Source: an uncultured virus (IMG/VR IMGVR_UViG_3300023033_000001)
Lineage: Duplodnaviria > Heunggongvirae > Uroviricota > Caudoviricetes
IMG/VR virus record: IMGVR_UViG_3300023033_000001
Reading direction: 5' to 3' (one strand)
Length of the DNA: 64,000 bases
Positions 29,634-37,865 of the stretch are shown in pieces (the first letter of the stretch is position 1; the number at the start of each line of letters is the position of its first letter). Made by a program: the position numbers and the translations under genes. The notes under the pieces were generated by a model. It worked only from the letters and a program-made list of their open reading frames with translations. It was not told the origin of the DNA and made no database searches.

Positions 29634-31165
29634 GTGAACTACCCACCGCCTAAAGTCGGTGGGCTTCAAATTCATTAGAATTTGATTTATCCATTCTCAC
29701 GAATTGGATTTCCTGTTTCAACGAACAGTCCACTCTACTAGAATTAAACCTAGTTTTGCTTCCCTGCCCTCCACAGGCATAAGTTCCGATAGTTCCTACC
29801 GTACTTTTAATCTTGCTTATCGCGTCATTTCGCAAATTGATTGCCGCGTTGTGGTCACGATTATGTTCTACACCACATTCTGGGCAAATCCATTTACGAA
29901 CGCTCAAATTCTTCACAGCTTCGTTCTTAAAACCACAATGACTGCACAACTGTGATGATGCGAACCACTTATCCGATTTAACCACGAAACAGTTATGAAA
30001 TTTGCTTTTCCATTCAAGCATATTCACAAACTTATTCCATGACACATCATTATAGTTTTTGGAATTGTGGCTGAAACGCATCATGCCTTTGATGTTCAAC
30101 GTCTCAACACCAATCACTTCATAACTACGGACAAGACGTAAAGTTTCTTTCTCCATCCAATCACGTCTTTTGTTAGCTATGTGTTCCTCAAATTTTGCCA
30201 ATCGTCGTCTAGCCTTTTCACGGTTTTTGGAGTCTTTCTTGGTTCTCGAAAAGTTCCTTTGCAAATGAGCCAGATGACGTTTTGCTTCTTGCTTGAATGG
30301 AACATAATTGTGTGCTGAGTGATTGTTTGAGTCAATGTAAGCCTTTGATGGTGAAAAATCCAGTCCGATAGCTTGGTTATCGTTACCAGAAAAAGACTTC
30401 TCTCTATCGTTCAAACTTTCATAGACGCAACAAATCGAAGCATAACAGCGTCCAGATTTTGTCACTTCGACGGTCAAATTCTTTCTCTTGATGCCTTTAG
30501 TATGGAACCATGCAGGAATGTGGTTATGACGAAACGTTACTTTGCCAATCTTTGGAATTTTAAGCCACATCTCATGTTCTGAAATAAGATCCTCCGACAG
30601 CATTACCTCGCTGAAAGAACAACCATCCTTTTTCTTCTTGAAACGTGGTTTTCCTTTCTTGCCCTTAAAGAACTCAGAGTATGATTTTTGAGCATCACGC
30701 CTAGCCTGTTGCAGAGCAACGGATGAAACTTCCTTCAGAAAAGGAAACAACTCACAAAGATCTTTCTCTAATGTGTATTTGAACCCTTTATAAATCTTGT
30801 TCTTTTCGTCTTTGTTCAGGTTACGACCTTTGATGTTATCAGCGTAAAATTGTTCCCTTGCTTCGACGTATTTGTTGTAGACAAAACGACGGCATCCACC
30901 AGTTTTGATGAACATTTGAAGTTGTTCTGGTGTTGGGTACAATCTGATTTTAAGACTACGCTTAATTTCCATTGGTAACTGACCTGTGTTACTGACCGAT
31001 ATGTGTGGTGGCAAACACTCGGTCAAAGTGTCTTTCGGGGATCAGCCTAGCCACCAAACATATAAATAGCATAACATGATGCTTCTTTCAAGTGCTTGTT
31101 TCAATTAAATTGGCTAGCTTTCATCCCACGGTCTAAAGCCCTTTGGTTTTCAAGCTCACAGTATG
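29634..31165 (-). mobile_element. IS200/IS605-family (IS1341-like, tnpB-only) element
   Basis: LE after TTTAT (31170-31166) with a subterminal hairpin; RE hairpin ending GGGTAGTTCAC at 29634; no tnpA. Confidence 0.9.
29650..30972 (-). CDS. tnpB: RNA-guided endonuclease TnpB
   Basis: KIRLYPT HTH start; RuvC IGLD, VETL and RDHNAAINL (D-E-D intact); CSHCG/CPECG zinc finger. Confidence 0.95.
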   Translation of the reverse strand: MEIKRSLKIRLYPTPEQLQMFIKTGGCRRFVYNKYVEAREQFYADNIKGRNLNKDEKNKIYKGFKYTLEKDLCELFPFLKEVSSVALQQARRDAQKSYSEFFKGKKGKPRFKKKKDGCSFSEVMLSEDLISEHEMWLKIPKIGKVTFRHNHIPAWFHTKGIKRKNLTVEVTKSGRCYASICCVYESLNDREKSFSGNDNQAIGLDFSPSKAYIDSNNHSAHNYVPFKQEAKRHLAHLQRNFSRTKKDSKNREKARRRLAKFEEHIANKRRDWMEKETLRLVRSYEVIGVETLNIKGMMRFSHNSKNYNDVSWNKFVNMLEWKSKFHNCFVVKSDKWFASSQLCSHCGFKNEAVKNLSVRKWICPECGVEHNRDHNAAINLRNDAISKIKSTVGTIGTYACGGQGSKTRFNSSRVDCSLKQEIQFVRMDKSNSNEFEAHRL

Positions 31166-31315
31166 ATAAATGCCTCGCGATCATTCACATTCCTGTAACT
31201 TTCAATCTGTATCCCAATATTCCGTATCATCACAGTCATCCTTGATCAGATAAGTTATTTTAGACTGATTTCCAATGAACCCTTCCATCCTCAAATCCAT
31301 TCTCACGTTTGTTTG
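31166..31315. repeat. About 150-bp imperfect direct repeat, copy A (contains the guide-matching site)
   Basis: Matches copy B; overlaps the 3' end of ORF 31260-31685. Confidence 0.9.
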
Positions 31316-31685
31316 ACAAGCCAGGCATCCTTTTTCCGTTTAATAATATCACAGCTTCGCAGTATAACTCATCATCACAGGACATGCCACGAAGACACCC
31401 GATCATAATATGACAGGCATCATATACGGTTGTAAACACATTCAGATTACGCCACGGTAAAGGTTTTTTTGGGTAATGGTAATACTTGACACATAAAGTG
31501 CATTTCTTACTGTTTCTACCTGTTTGAACGCCAAGAAGTTCGCCTCTTGCAGTCACTGCATCGAGATGTTTGTCTCCATGTTGATTGATTTTAATGGTTT
31601 CTTCAAGCTGCTCTAAACTTACTTTGTCATTCCGTGCCATCGTGTTCTTTATCCTGAGTATTTTCCTTGTGGTTTTTCTGTTCAC
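31260..31685 (-). CDS. Hypothetical protein whose 3' end matches the TnpB guide
   Basis: ORF of up to 141 aa; true start uncertain. Confidence 0.6.
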   Translation of the reverse strand: MNRKTTRKILRIKNTMARNDKVSLEQLEETIKINQHGDKHLDAVTARGELLGVQTGRNSKKCTLCVKYYHYPKKPLPWRNLNVFTTVYDACHIMIGCLRGMSCDDELYCEAVILLNGKRMPGLSNKRENGFEDGRVHWKSV

Positions 31686-32463
31686 GCTCTGCCTCTGTTA
31701 CCATCTCTAACATACGTGCAACCGTGTCAGGAGACATTGCAATAAGCATGTTATACAGCGAATCGACCTTCTTGTCATTCTCTGTCTGCACGGTCTGTAT
31801 CACTTTTCTAGCTTGTTCAAGAGTTTCCGTAGCTGTATCTTTCGCATTTCGGTAAACAGACTTTATCTGGTCAAAGTCCAGATGAAGAAGATCATCCGGA
31901 TTAAAGATTATCTGTTCTGCAGCATCAATGAAACGAAACAGACGTGGAAGACTGCCCAAGCGCATCGCAGAAAAGTAAGTCAAATACGCATTGATTCGGC
32001 TTTGAATCGTAGGCATGTTGTCCACAACATCCTGTGGTAAGTCAGACAATACCTGCGTAAGTCCTGCAAACTGTATTTCAGGCTCTTCGACGAATGGAAC
32101 ATTACGAATCGGTGCGTACTGAGTGATTGGAAATTCGTTCGACTGTACCTGTGAAGTAGTTTCAACAATGACATCCGGCTCTTTCTTTGTATGTCGTTTT
32201 GTGCTTTTTTGAACGTATTGCGTCGTAGGTTTATTTTGAGACAACTTCTTTTCAGCAGCCGGTTTCTCTTTGGAAGACTTACGTACAGTTGTCTTAGAAG
32301 ACTTCTTCACAGGAGGTTTTCGGGGTTTCACTGTCGATTTCTTTTTATTGGACACGTCAGTCTCAGTCGAATGTTTGTCCATATTTCCAAGAGACCATAC
32401 GTCATCAACAGATTTGTCTTCCTTAATACGGGTCTTCTTTTCTGTGTCTTTTTTCTTAGCCAT
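31627..32463 (-). CDS. Hypothetical protein with a Lys-rich N-terminus and helical C-terminus
   Basis: 278-aa ORF with an AGGAG SD. Confidence 0.75.
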   Translation of the reverse strand: MAKKKDTEKKTRIKEDKSVDDVWSLGNMDKHSTETDVSNKKKSTVKPRKPPVKKSSKTTVRKSSKEKPAAEKKLSQNKPTTQYVQKSTKRHTKKEPDVIVETTSQVQSNEFPITQYAPIRNVPFVEEPEIQFAGLTQVLSDLPQDVVDNMPTIQSRINAYLTYFSAMRLGSLPRLFRFIDAAEQIIFNPDDLLHLDFDQIKSVYRNAKDTATETLEQARKVIQTVQTENDKKVDSLYNMLIAMSPDTVARMLEMVTEAEREQKNHKENTQDKEHDGTE

Positions 32464-32531
32464 TATGCGTATCTCCTAGTCAACAGCATTACTATACGAA
32501 GTTATGATAGTTTGCTTTCTGCTCGATTTTA

Positions 32532-32579
32532 GTGACCTACCAAATGGCTAAAATACGTTTGCTTTCGGATTGAATCCTT
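32532..32579 (-). mobile_element. Degenerate 48-bp LE-RE mini-element
   Basis: Minus strand TTGAT|AAGGATTCAATCCGAAAGCAAACGTATTTTAGCCATTTGGTAGGTCAC. Confidence 0.6.
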
Positions 32580-32714
32580 ATCAAATCCTCTAGTGAGCTG
32601 CAAGAAACTCTTGTATTCAAAGATGGATGCACTCTATAACATGGACAACATTATTGCCCATGTATGGGTCATCTCCATAAATATCCGTAACCGAATTGAA
32701 GACACCTAAATACC

Positions 32715-33590
32715 ATGTACAGTTCAATACTGATTAACGTAAAAGACGAACACAGGTATCTCCCAGAATGGATTGAACACCATCTGAATCTTGGCTTCGA
32801 CCACATCTACGTTGTTGAAGACTTCAACTCTTCAAGCCATAGGGAACTTATCGACAAGTACATACAGACGAAGACGTTATCGCTTCATCGCATGGAAGAC
32901 TTTGGAATCCTCGACGAGCAGAAAAATTATACACCGTGGCGTCAGGTATGGATGTATAACAGATTTTTCACCTCAGGATTGGTACAGCCACATAAAGACG
33001 AATGGTGCGTGTTCCTCGACACGGATGAGTTCCTGATGTTTAAAGACGGGTATACACTCAACAACTGGATATCCGACCTGGAAACGAAAGCACGTGAAAC
33101 CGGCGATTGGTTTTCATACATCGTGTTGCGAAACTTCAATGCAAGTGGTCACATCTATGCTCCAAACGTACCTACAGTACAAGCATATAAACAATGGGAA
33201 TACAGAGACAACGACATGCTGTGCAAGTCAGTGGTCAATGTCTCAAGACCTTATAAATTCTTCTGTATCCAACGTGCGATGAGATACGAACAAACACAGC
33301 CTAGCAAACCACATGCACAGGAATTAGATACAGGTAATGTGTGGATAAATCATTATTTCACAAAGTCATGGGAAGACTGGCTGATTCGTATGAGACGTGG
33401 GTCACAAGACCCGAACCTTCGCAAACTTGAACAGTTCTTTGACATCTACAATAAAGATATGATGCGTTACAAATCACTTCTCATAGACTCATTCTATATG
33501 TGTCAGGATGAGTGGATGCAGGGTGGAACTGAGTTCATACCACAAGAGATTGCTCCTTGTATTGATGTTCTGAAAAGCTCTCTTCCGTGA
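32715..33590 (+). CDS. Glycosyltransferase (GT92 / GT2-like, GT-A fold)
   Basis: KDEHRYLPEWIEHHLNLGFDHIYV, FLDTDEFL (DxD), CKS and INHYFTKSWEDW. Confidence 0.88.
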   Translation: MYSSILINVKDEHRYLPEWIEHHLNLGFDHIYVVEDFNSSSHRELIDKYIQTKTLSLHRMEDFGILDEQKNYTPWRQVWMYNRFFTSGLVQPHKDEWCVFLDTDEFLMFKDGYTLNNWISDLETKARETGDWFSYIVLRNFNASGHIYAPNVPTVQAYKQWEYRDNDMLCKSVVNVSRPYKFFCIQRAMRYEQTQPSKPHAQELDTGNVWINHYFTKSWEDWLIRMRRGSQDPNLRKLEQFFDIYNKDMMRYKSLLIDSFYMCQDEWMQGGTEFIPQEIAPCIDVLKSSLP

Positions 33591-33634
33591 GCTACCCACA
33601 GCTCGAATCTGTTAAATGTCAGTTGGTAGTTCAC
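33587..33634. mobile_element. RE-RE inverted remnant
   Basis: GTGAGCTACCC...TTGGTAGTTCAC; its TGA is the stop codon of the glycosyltransferase gene. Confidence 0.65.
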
Positions 33635-33726
33635 CTCTCCTGAAAAATCTCCGATGAAGTCTGTGCAGTCATGTTAGGCGAAATTGACTCCCTTGAGTGT
33701 TATGCACGATGACATAGATCAGAAAT

Positions 33727-33775
33727 AAAAGACAAAAACCACAAGCCAAATAAAGGCTTGTGGTTTTTGTCTTTT
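33727..33775. terminator. Intrinsic terminator-like hairpin
   Basis: aaaagacaaaaaccacaagcc-N7-ggcttgtggtttttgtctttt. Confidence 0.75.
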
Positions 33776-33867
33776 TCATGGTGCTGTTTTAATCCCTTGG
33801 TTTTCTTTTGTGGTAGTGTCGCTATAAGACAAAATGGGTTTGTCTTATATTATAGCAGAGGATTGAA

Positions 33868-34359
33868 ATGGCACTAATATGGAAAAAGAAACGAATGATA
33901 CGGTCTGAAAGGATTCATCGAATCATCGAGATGGCTCTTAAAAAAGCTAAATACCAAGATCGTGTCGCTGATTTGCTGCCACAGATTGCACAGAATTGGT
34001 GTCTTTGTACATATTGCCGAATGTACGACCCAGACAACATAAATTACCGTGGGTGGCGTAAAGAACTCATCGCTCATATAGGAATGCTTAAATCGATTCC
34101 TGTAAAAGGCGATAAGGAAAAATGGACACGAGATGAAGTCATAAATACAAGCGAGTATAACAATGTGGATGTAATTCGCTGTGTATGTGACTTCAAACTT
34201 GACGATGAGGATGAAATTGACTTCACGCAATCAATAAGAAAAGATCTGTATCGTGATTGTGCAGAGAATGCAGAAACAATCGTGTCGCTTATCTCAAGTG
34301 ATTCGTTGCCCTCAGAAAAGCTCTATAAGATATTCCCACTTAAAACAGATCGATTCTGA
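33868..34359 (+). CDS. DUF29-like paralogue 2 of 3
   Basis: EMALKKAKYQ...QNWCLCTYC...YRGWRKEL. Confidence 0.75.
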   Translation: MALIWKKKRMIRSERIHRIIEMALKKAKYQDRVADLLPQIAQNWCLCTYCRMYDPDNINYRGWRKELIAHIGMLKSIPVKGDKEKWTRDEVINTSEYNNVDVIRCVCDFKLDDEDEIDFTQSIRKDLYRDCAENAETIVSLISSDSLPSEKLYKIFPLKTDRF

Positions 34360-34383
34360 CAGAAAATGAGGTGAACATTAATT

Positions 34384-34893
34384 ATGATACGCATAAGTCA
34401 TGCAGTTAAAAAACAACGCTTTATTCTTGAGATGGCTTTTAACAAAAGTCAATTTCAGACACGTGTGTTAAACCTTGCAAAGCAGATTGCTGAAAACTGG
34501 TGTCTCTGTCAATATTGCCATAAATATGAAAAGACTTTTCCTACGTATGTCCACTGGAAAAGCGAGCTTGAAGGATATCTTGACGAGTTAAACACAATGT
34601 CCATTGACAATGATAGATCACGTGAGAAGTGGAGCCTTGAAATTCTCAGAAAGGGAGACTTTGATGACGCTCAAAAAGTTTTCCGACAATGCAAAAGGAA
34701 ATTCATGATAGAGCATGTGCTGAACATGCCAAAAAATTCGCAGATAGAAGTGTGTGATGACTTTGCCAACATGATTGAGGATATCTCAAAATGTATCGGA
34801 AGCGTTGACGGCATTGTCCCGTTCACATGCAAATGGTTTCCTGAAGTGTTGACAACCTTCGACATCCGATGGAGATCCGAACACAAATATTAA
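34384..34893 (+). CDS. DUF29-like paralogue 3 of 3
   Basis: EMAFNKSQFQ...ENWCLCQYC...YVHWKSEL. Confidence 0.75.
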   Translation: MIRISHAVKKQRFILEMAFNKSQFQTRVLNLAKQIAENWCLCQYCHKYEKTFPTYVHWKSELEGYLDELNTMSIDNDRSREKWSLEILRKGDFDDAQKVFRQCKRKFMIEHVLNMPKNSQIEVCDDFANMIEDISKCIGSVDGIVPFTCKWFPEVLTTFDIRWRSEHKY

Positions 34894-34906
34894 AGGATGT
34901 GAATCA

Positions 34907-35515
34907 ATGGCACGACAAAATAAAACAATCAAACCTAATACAGAAGAGAAAAAGCAACAAGAGCAACAGGAACTTGAAGAGCTCAAGCTCAGAATGGATA
35001 AGATGAAAGCCGAAGAAGAGCGACTAAAAGCAAACACGGTTCCAACGGCTGAGTATCTTGAAAACATTCGCAAAACGCATAAAGACCCGTATTGGATGTC
35101 GTATGAAGTGGTACAGATAAAGCTCGGATCACCCATACAGACGATTTTCACTAGCGAACATTACTACGAGGCATTCGACGTTTTCAAGGAATACTTCGAG
35201 AAAGATAAACACGCCAGAATGGATTTGGTCGTTCGTGAGGTACGTGATGGCACACCTATTTTCAGAACAATCGTAGCTGAATTTGAGGTAGCGGGAGCAC
35301 ATGGGGATGTGACATCTGATGGAAGACAAACACTTTCATCGTTTGCTAGTCCGACCGATTATGGACGTTTTGGCCCTAGTGTGTACAATCAAACGTACAA
35401 AGATGCTAAATGGGCAGGATATGAGGCATACTCTCGCCCCCTAAAGACTTTCAGTTATGGAGATTGTAGCAGTGGTTTTGACCAGAAAAGCGAGCCGAAA
35501 GCCCACCCGCTTTAG
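34907..35515 (+). CDS. Hypothetical protein; C-terminus encoded by a mini-element
   Basis: Ends DQKSEPKAHPL* with the TAG in the hairpin loop. Confidence 0.7.
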   Translation: MARQNKTIKPNTEEKKQQEQQELEELKLRMDKMKAEEERLKANTVPTAEYLENIRKTHKDPYWMSYEVVQIKLGSPIQTIFTSEHYYEAFDVFKEYFEKDKHARMDLVVREVRDGTPIFRTIVAEFEVAGAHGDVTSDGRQTLSSFASPTDYGRFGPSVYNQTYKDAKWAGYEAYSRPLKTFSYGDCSSGFDQKSEPKAHPL

Positions 35516-35531
35516 CGGGTGGGTAGTTGAC
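35483..35531 (+). mobile_element. 49-bp single-hairpin LE-RE mini-element
   Basis: TTGAC|CAGAAAAGCGAGCCGAAAGCCCACCCGCTTTAGCGGGTGGGTAGTTGAC. Confidence 0.8.
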
Positions 35532-35752
35532 TAAAGGTGGTGTGAACTTTCTTTATATGCAACAGTTTGAGAACCCATCCCTGAAGTATGAGACCCTAAC
35601 GTATCTAAAACAGGTGATGTTTCTTTAGGCAAAGGTTGTGCTTGCGTCGTATCGTTTTCGTATAACAAAGCAAAAAGTACAGCGCAAACAATGATAGTGA
35701 ACACCATATAGATGCTTTTTATTATGTTCATTTCGGTTACCTGTATGTTCAA
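35531..35752 (-). CDS. Small single-TM protein
   Basis: Hydrophobic VFTIIVCAVLFALLY; the stop overlaps the last base of the mini-element. Confidence 0.5.
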   Translation of the reverse strand: MNIQVTEMNIIKSIYMVFTIIVCAVLFALLYENDTTQAQPLPKETSPVLDTLGSHTSGMGSQTVAYKESSHHL

Positions 35753-35763
35753 AAGTTGTATTC

Positions 35764-37323
35764 TTAATACAGAACGAATGCAGAAGCATTCGTGGACGTT
35801 CTGAAACTCGTGTATTTTGCAACAATGTCACTCTGAGACTTCATTTGCTGAAGACCATTCTCTTTACATACGTCGGCATCCGTACTAAAGATAACATCAC
35901 GCCATTTCTCAAAAACACGATAAGAAGTCATGTTGTCCGTACCCGCAGAGTTTCCAAAAATGCTTTTAATCTGGTTCACAAGAACTTTAGCATAAGACGC
36001 TTTGTCAGAAGTCTGCATTTGCTGTAATTGTGTACGAACCTGTGATGGGTCTTCCGTTTCAGGGCTATGTCCCATCTGTTGTTGTGCTTGTATCTGATTA
36101 GCAGGCTGCTGTGCATTAGCCACGACATCCTGACCATTTGCTGTTGCGGCATCAAGCAAAGCATTTCCTGTTGTGCCCTGTGTCGTCTGTGTGCCAGTTC
36201 CACCAGAAGTGCCCTTCATTGATTTACCAAGGGACTTGGCAAGATCGTCATCTAATTCTGCTGCACTGGCTAACGGTCTTAATGCACTCCATGCATCATC
36301 TTTACTTGACTGTGATTCATGATTCCACGGAATAATAACCATGTTAATGCATGGAATACCATCAGTAGTCTGGTTGGTTCCAACAGAGAATGTGCACCTT
36401 CCAAGCCATGGTAATTTATCTGTACGGACAGCAGACATGGATGCAATCAATTTTGCCTGGTAGTTAGAGCCGGACAACGCAGTCATTCCCTGCGTAAACT
36501 GTCCTTTTAGGAACAGAGGAGCGGCTTCTTCAAACATCTCAAGTAATGACTTCGAGTCTCTTTCAGTTTCTGACGTATTTGAGGTCGCATTCTGATTATC
36601 GCCATCCGCTTCATACGCACGCAAAATCTTAAAAGGAATCATGTTTCCGTTCTTATCCCTGCGAACAAACGATTCCTTTTTACCGGCTTCGCCTGTATTA
36701 CCTGTGTTTGAGGTTGTGTTGTCCGAACCTTTACTTGCTTGTGCCTGAGCTGCAAGAGCATCATCCTGCGTGCTCTGTGCCTGTTGAGTTTGTTTCGGTT
36801 CTTCATTAGGTTTGTTATCATCCACCTGATTAACAGATGCGACTTCCAATATCTGTAACAGGTAAATTGTCGCACCCTCAGCGTAACCTTTCGAGTCATA
36901 ACATGCAGTACCAACCACAATTACGCTGTCATCAAAAGCGTCTCTGTTAATCATGTCGTAGAACGTATTGCTGTCTCCGCCAACGAACTTCACAGGGTTC
37001 GTCTGCGTAGAAATAAGACGTGTTTTTCCATTGACTGTTTTTGCCTCAAACCCTCTTATTTCTTCACCGGCAGTGGAAGGGAACTCGACGTACACCTGAC
37101 CTTTTTGCTTTGCTACATCGCACAGACCTTCTCGGAACAACTTCTCTACTGTCTTGAGACGGCTTTCTTCGATACATGGTTTTGTTCTGCGATAGAATGA
37201 CTTGCTTTTCAGCGACAGTTTGTTGAGTTCTAATGTACTTTCTGAATCATTGTCTCCACGTGCTTCTGTGAAAGTTATGTTTGTGGTTGTCATATTGGAT
37301 TTATTTTTATTGAACAAAATCAT
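35764..37323 (-). CDS. Q/T/N-rich hypothetical protein, possibly virion-internal
   Basis: About 519 aa from MILFNKNK (GAGGA SD). Confidence 0.7.
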   Translation of the reverse strand: MILFNKNKSNMTTTNITFTEARGDNDSESTLELNKLSLKSKSFYRRTKPCIEESRLKTVEKLFREGLCDVAKQKGQVYVEFPSTAGEEIRGFEAKTVNGKTRLISTQTNPVKFVGGDSNTFYDMINRDAFDDSVIVVGTACYDSKGYAEGATIYLLQILEVASVNQVDDNKPNEEPKQTQQAQSTQDDALAAQAQASKGSDNTTSNTGNTGEAGKKESFVRRDKNGNMIPFKILRAYEADGDNQNATSNTSETERDSKSLLEMFEEAAPLFLKGQFTQGMTALSGSNYQAKLIASMSAVRTDKLPWLGRCTFSVGTNQTTDGIPCINMVIIPWNHESQSSKDDAWSALRPLASAAELDDDLAKSLGKSMKGTSGGTGTQTTQGTTGNALLDAATANGQDVVANAQQPANQIQAQQQMGHSPETEDPSQVRTQLQQMQTSDKASYAKVLVNQIKSIFGNSAGTDNMTSYRVFEKWRDVIFSTDADVCKENGLQQMKSQSDIVAKYTSFRTSTNASAFVLY

Positions 37324-37647
37324 CGCAGTCCTCAATAAGTACGTCAGATGAAGACATAAGACAAAAAGATTTCCTTTGAGATATGCAGTCTGCCCTTCCC
37401 AAAGGAAACAAATGGTTGCGTTAATTTGGCAACGCAACACCTACACATCTTTGATAACATCTATGGTTATCATGTCGCTATTTATTGCTGTAAGCCACCA
37501 ACATGAAAGTCAGTGTAATGCGTATTGTCATTTACGACAACGACAATACGGCTTCCCCTCGACAAAGCATCAACTGAGTTGAACGAACTGGGGAGGCATC
37601 ATAACGTTTCATTAAAGTTGATGCATAGTTCCTAAGAGATGAGTCTG

Positions 37648-37823
37648 TTCTCTTCAGTATGACATTTACTACGGGCGTTTTAGAGGTAGTACACCCATAT
37701 TAAATGCCATACCTCTGAGACGGACGAGACTGTGTGAATCAACGGATACGTGCGTTACACCTGTAATAAATGTCATACCTCTGAGACATCTAATGGAGGT
37801 TTAAAATGCCACACCTACGAGAT
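37648..37823 (-). repeat. 36-bp repeats with a 30-bp spacer plus an inverted copy (CRISPR-like or structured RNA)
   Basis: Repeats at 37686-37721 and 37752-37787, a partial third at 37803-37823, and an inverted copy at 37648-37683. Confidence 0.6.
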
Positions 37824-37865
37824 ACGTATCTAATGACCGGGAGGCATACAAGAGAAAACCAATAA

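Noticed and set aside
29650..30972. Nuclease-dead TnpB (TldR-like repressor)
   Set aside because: All three RuvC acidic residues are present, and the guide match lies at a gene 3' end rather than a promoter.
29481..31315. DGR template/variable repeat pair
   Set aside because: Mismatches are not confined to adenines and there is no reverse transcriptase in the window.
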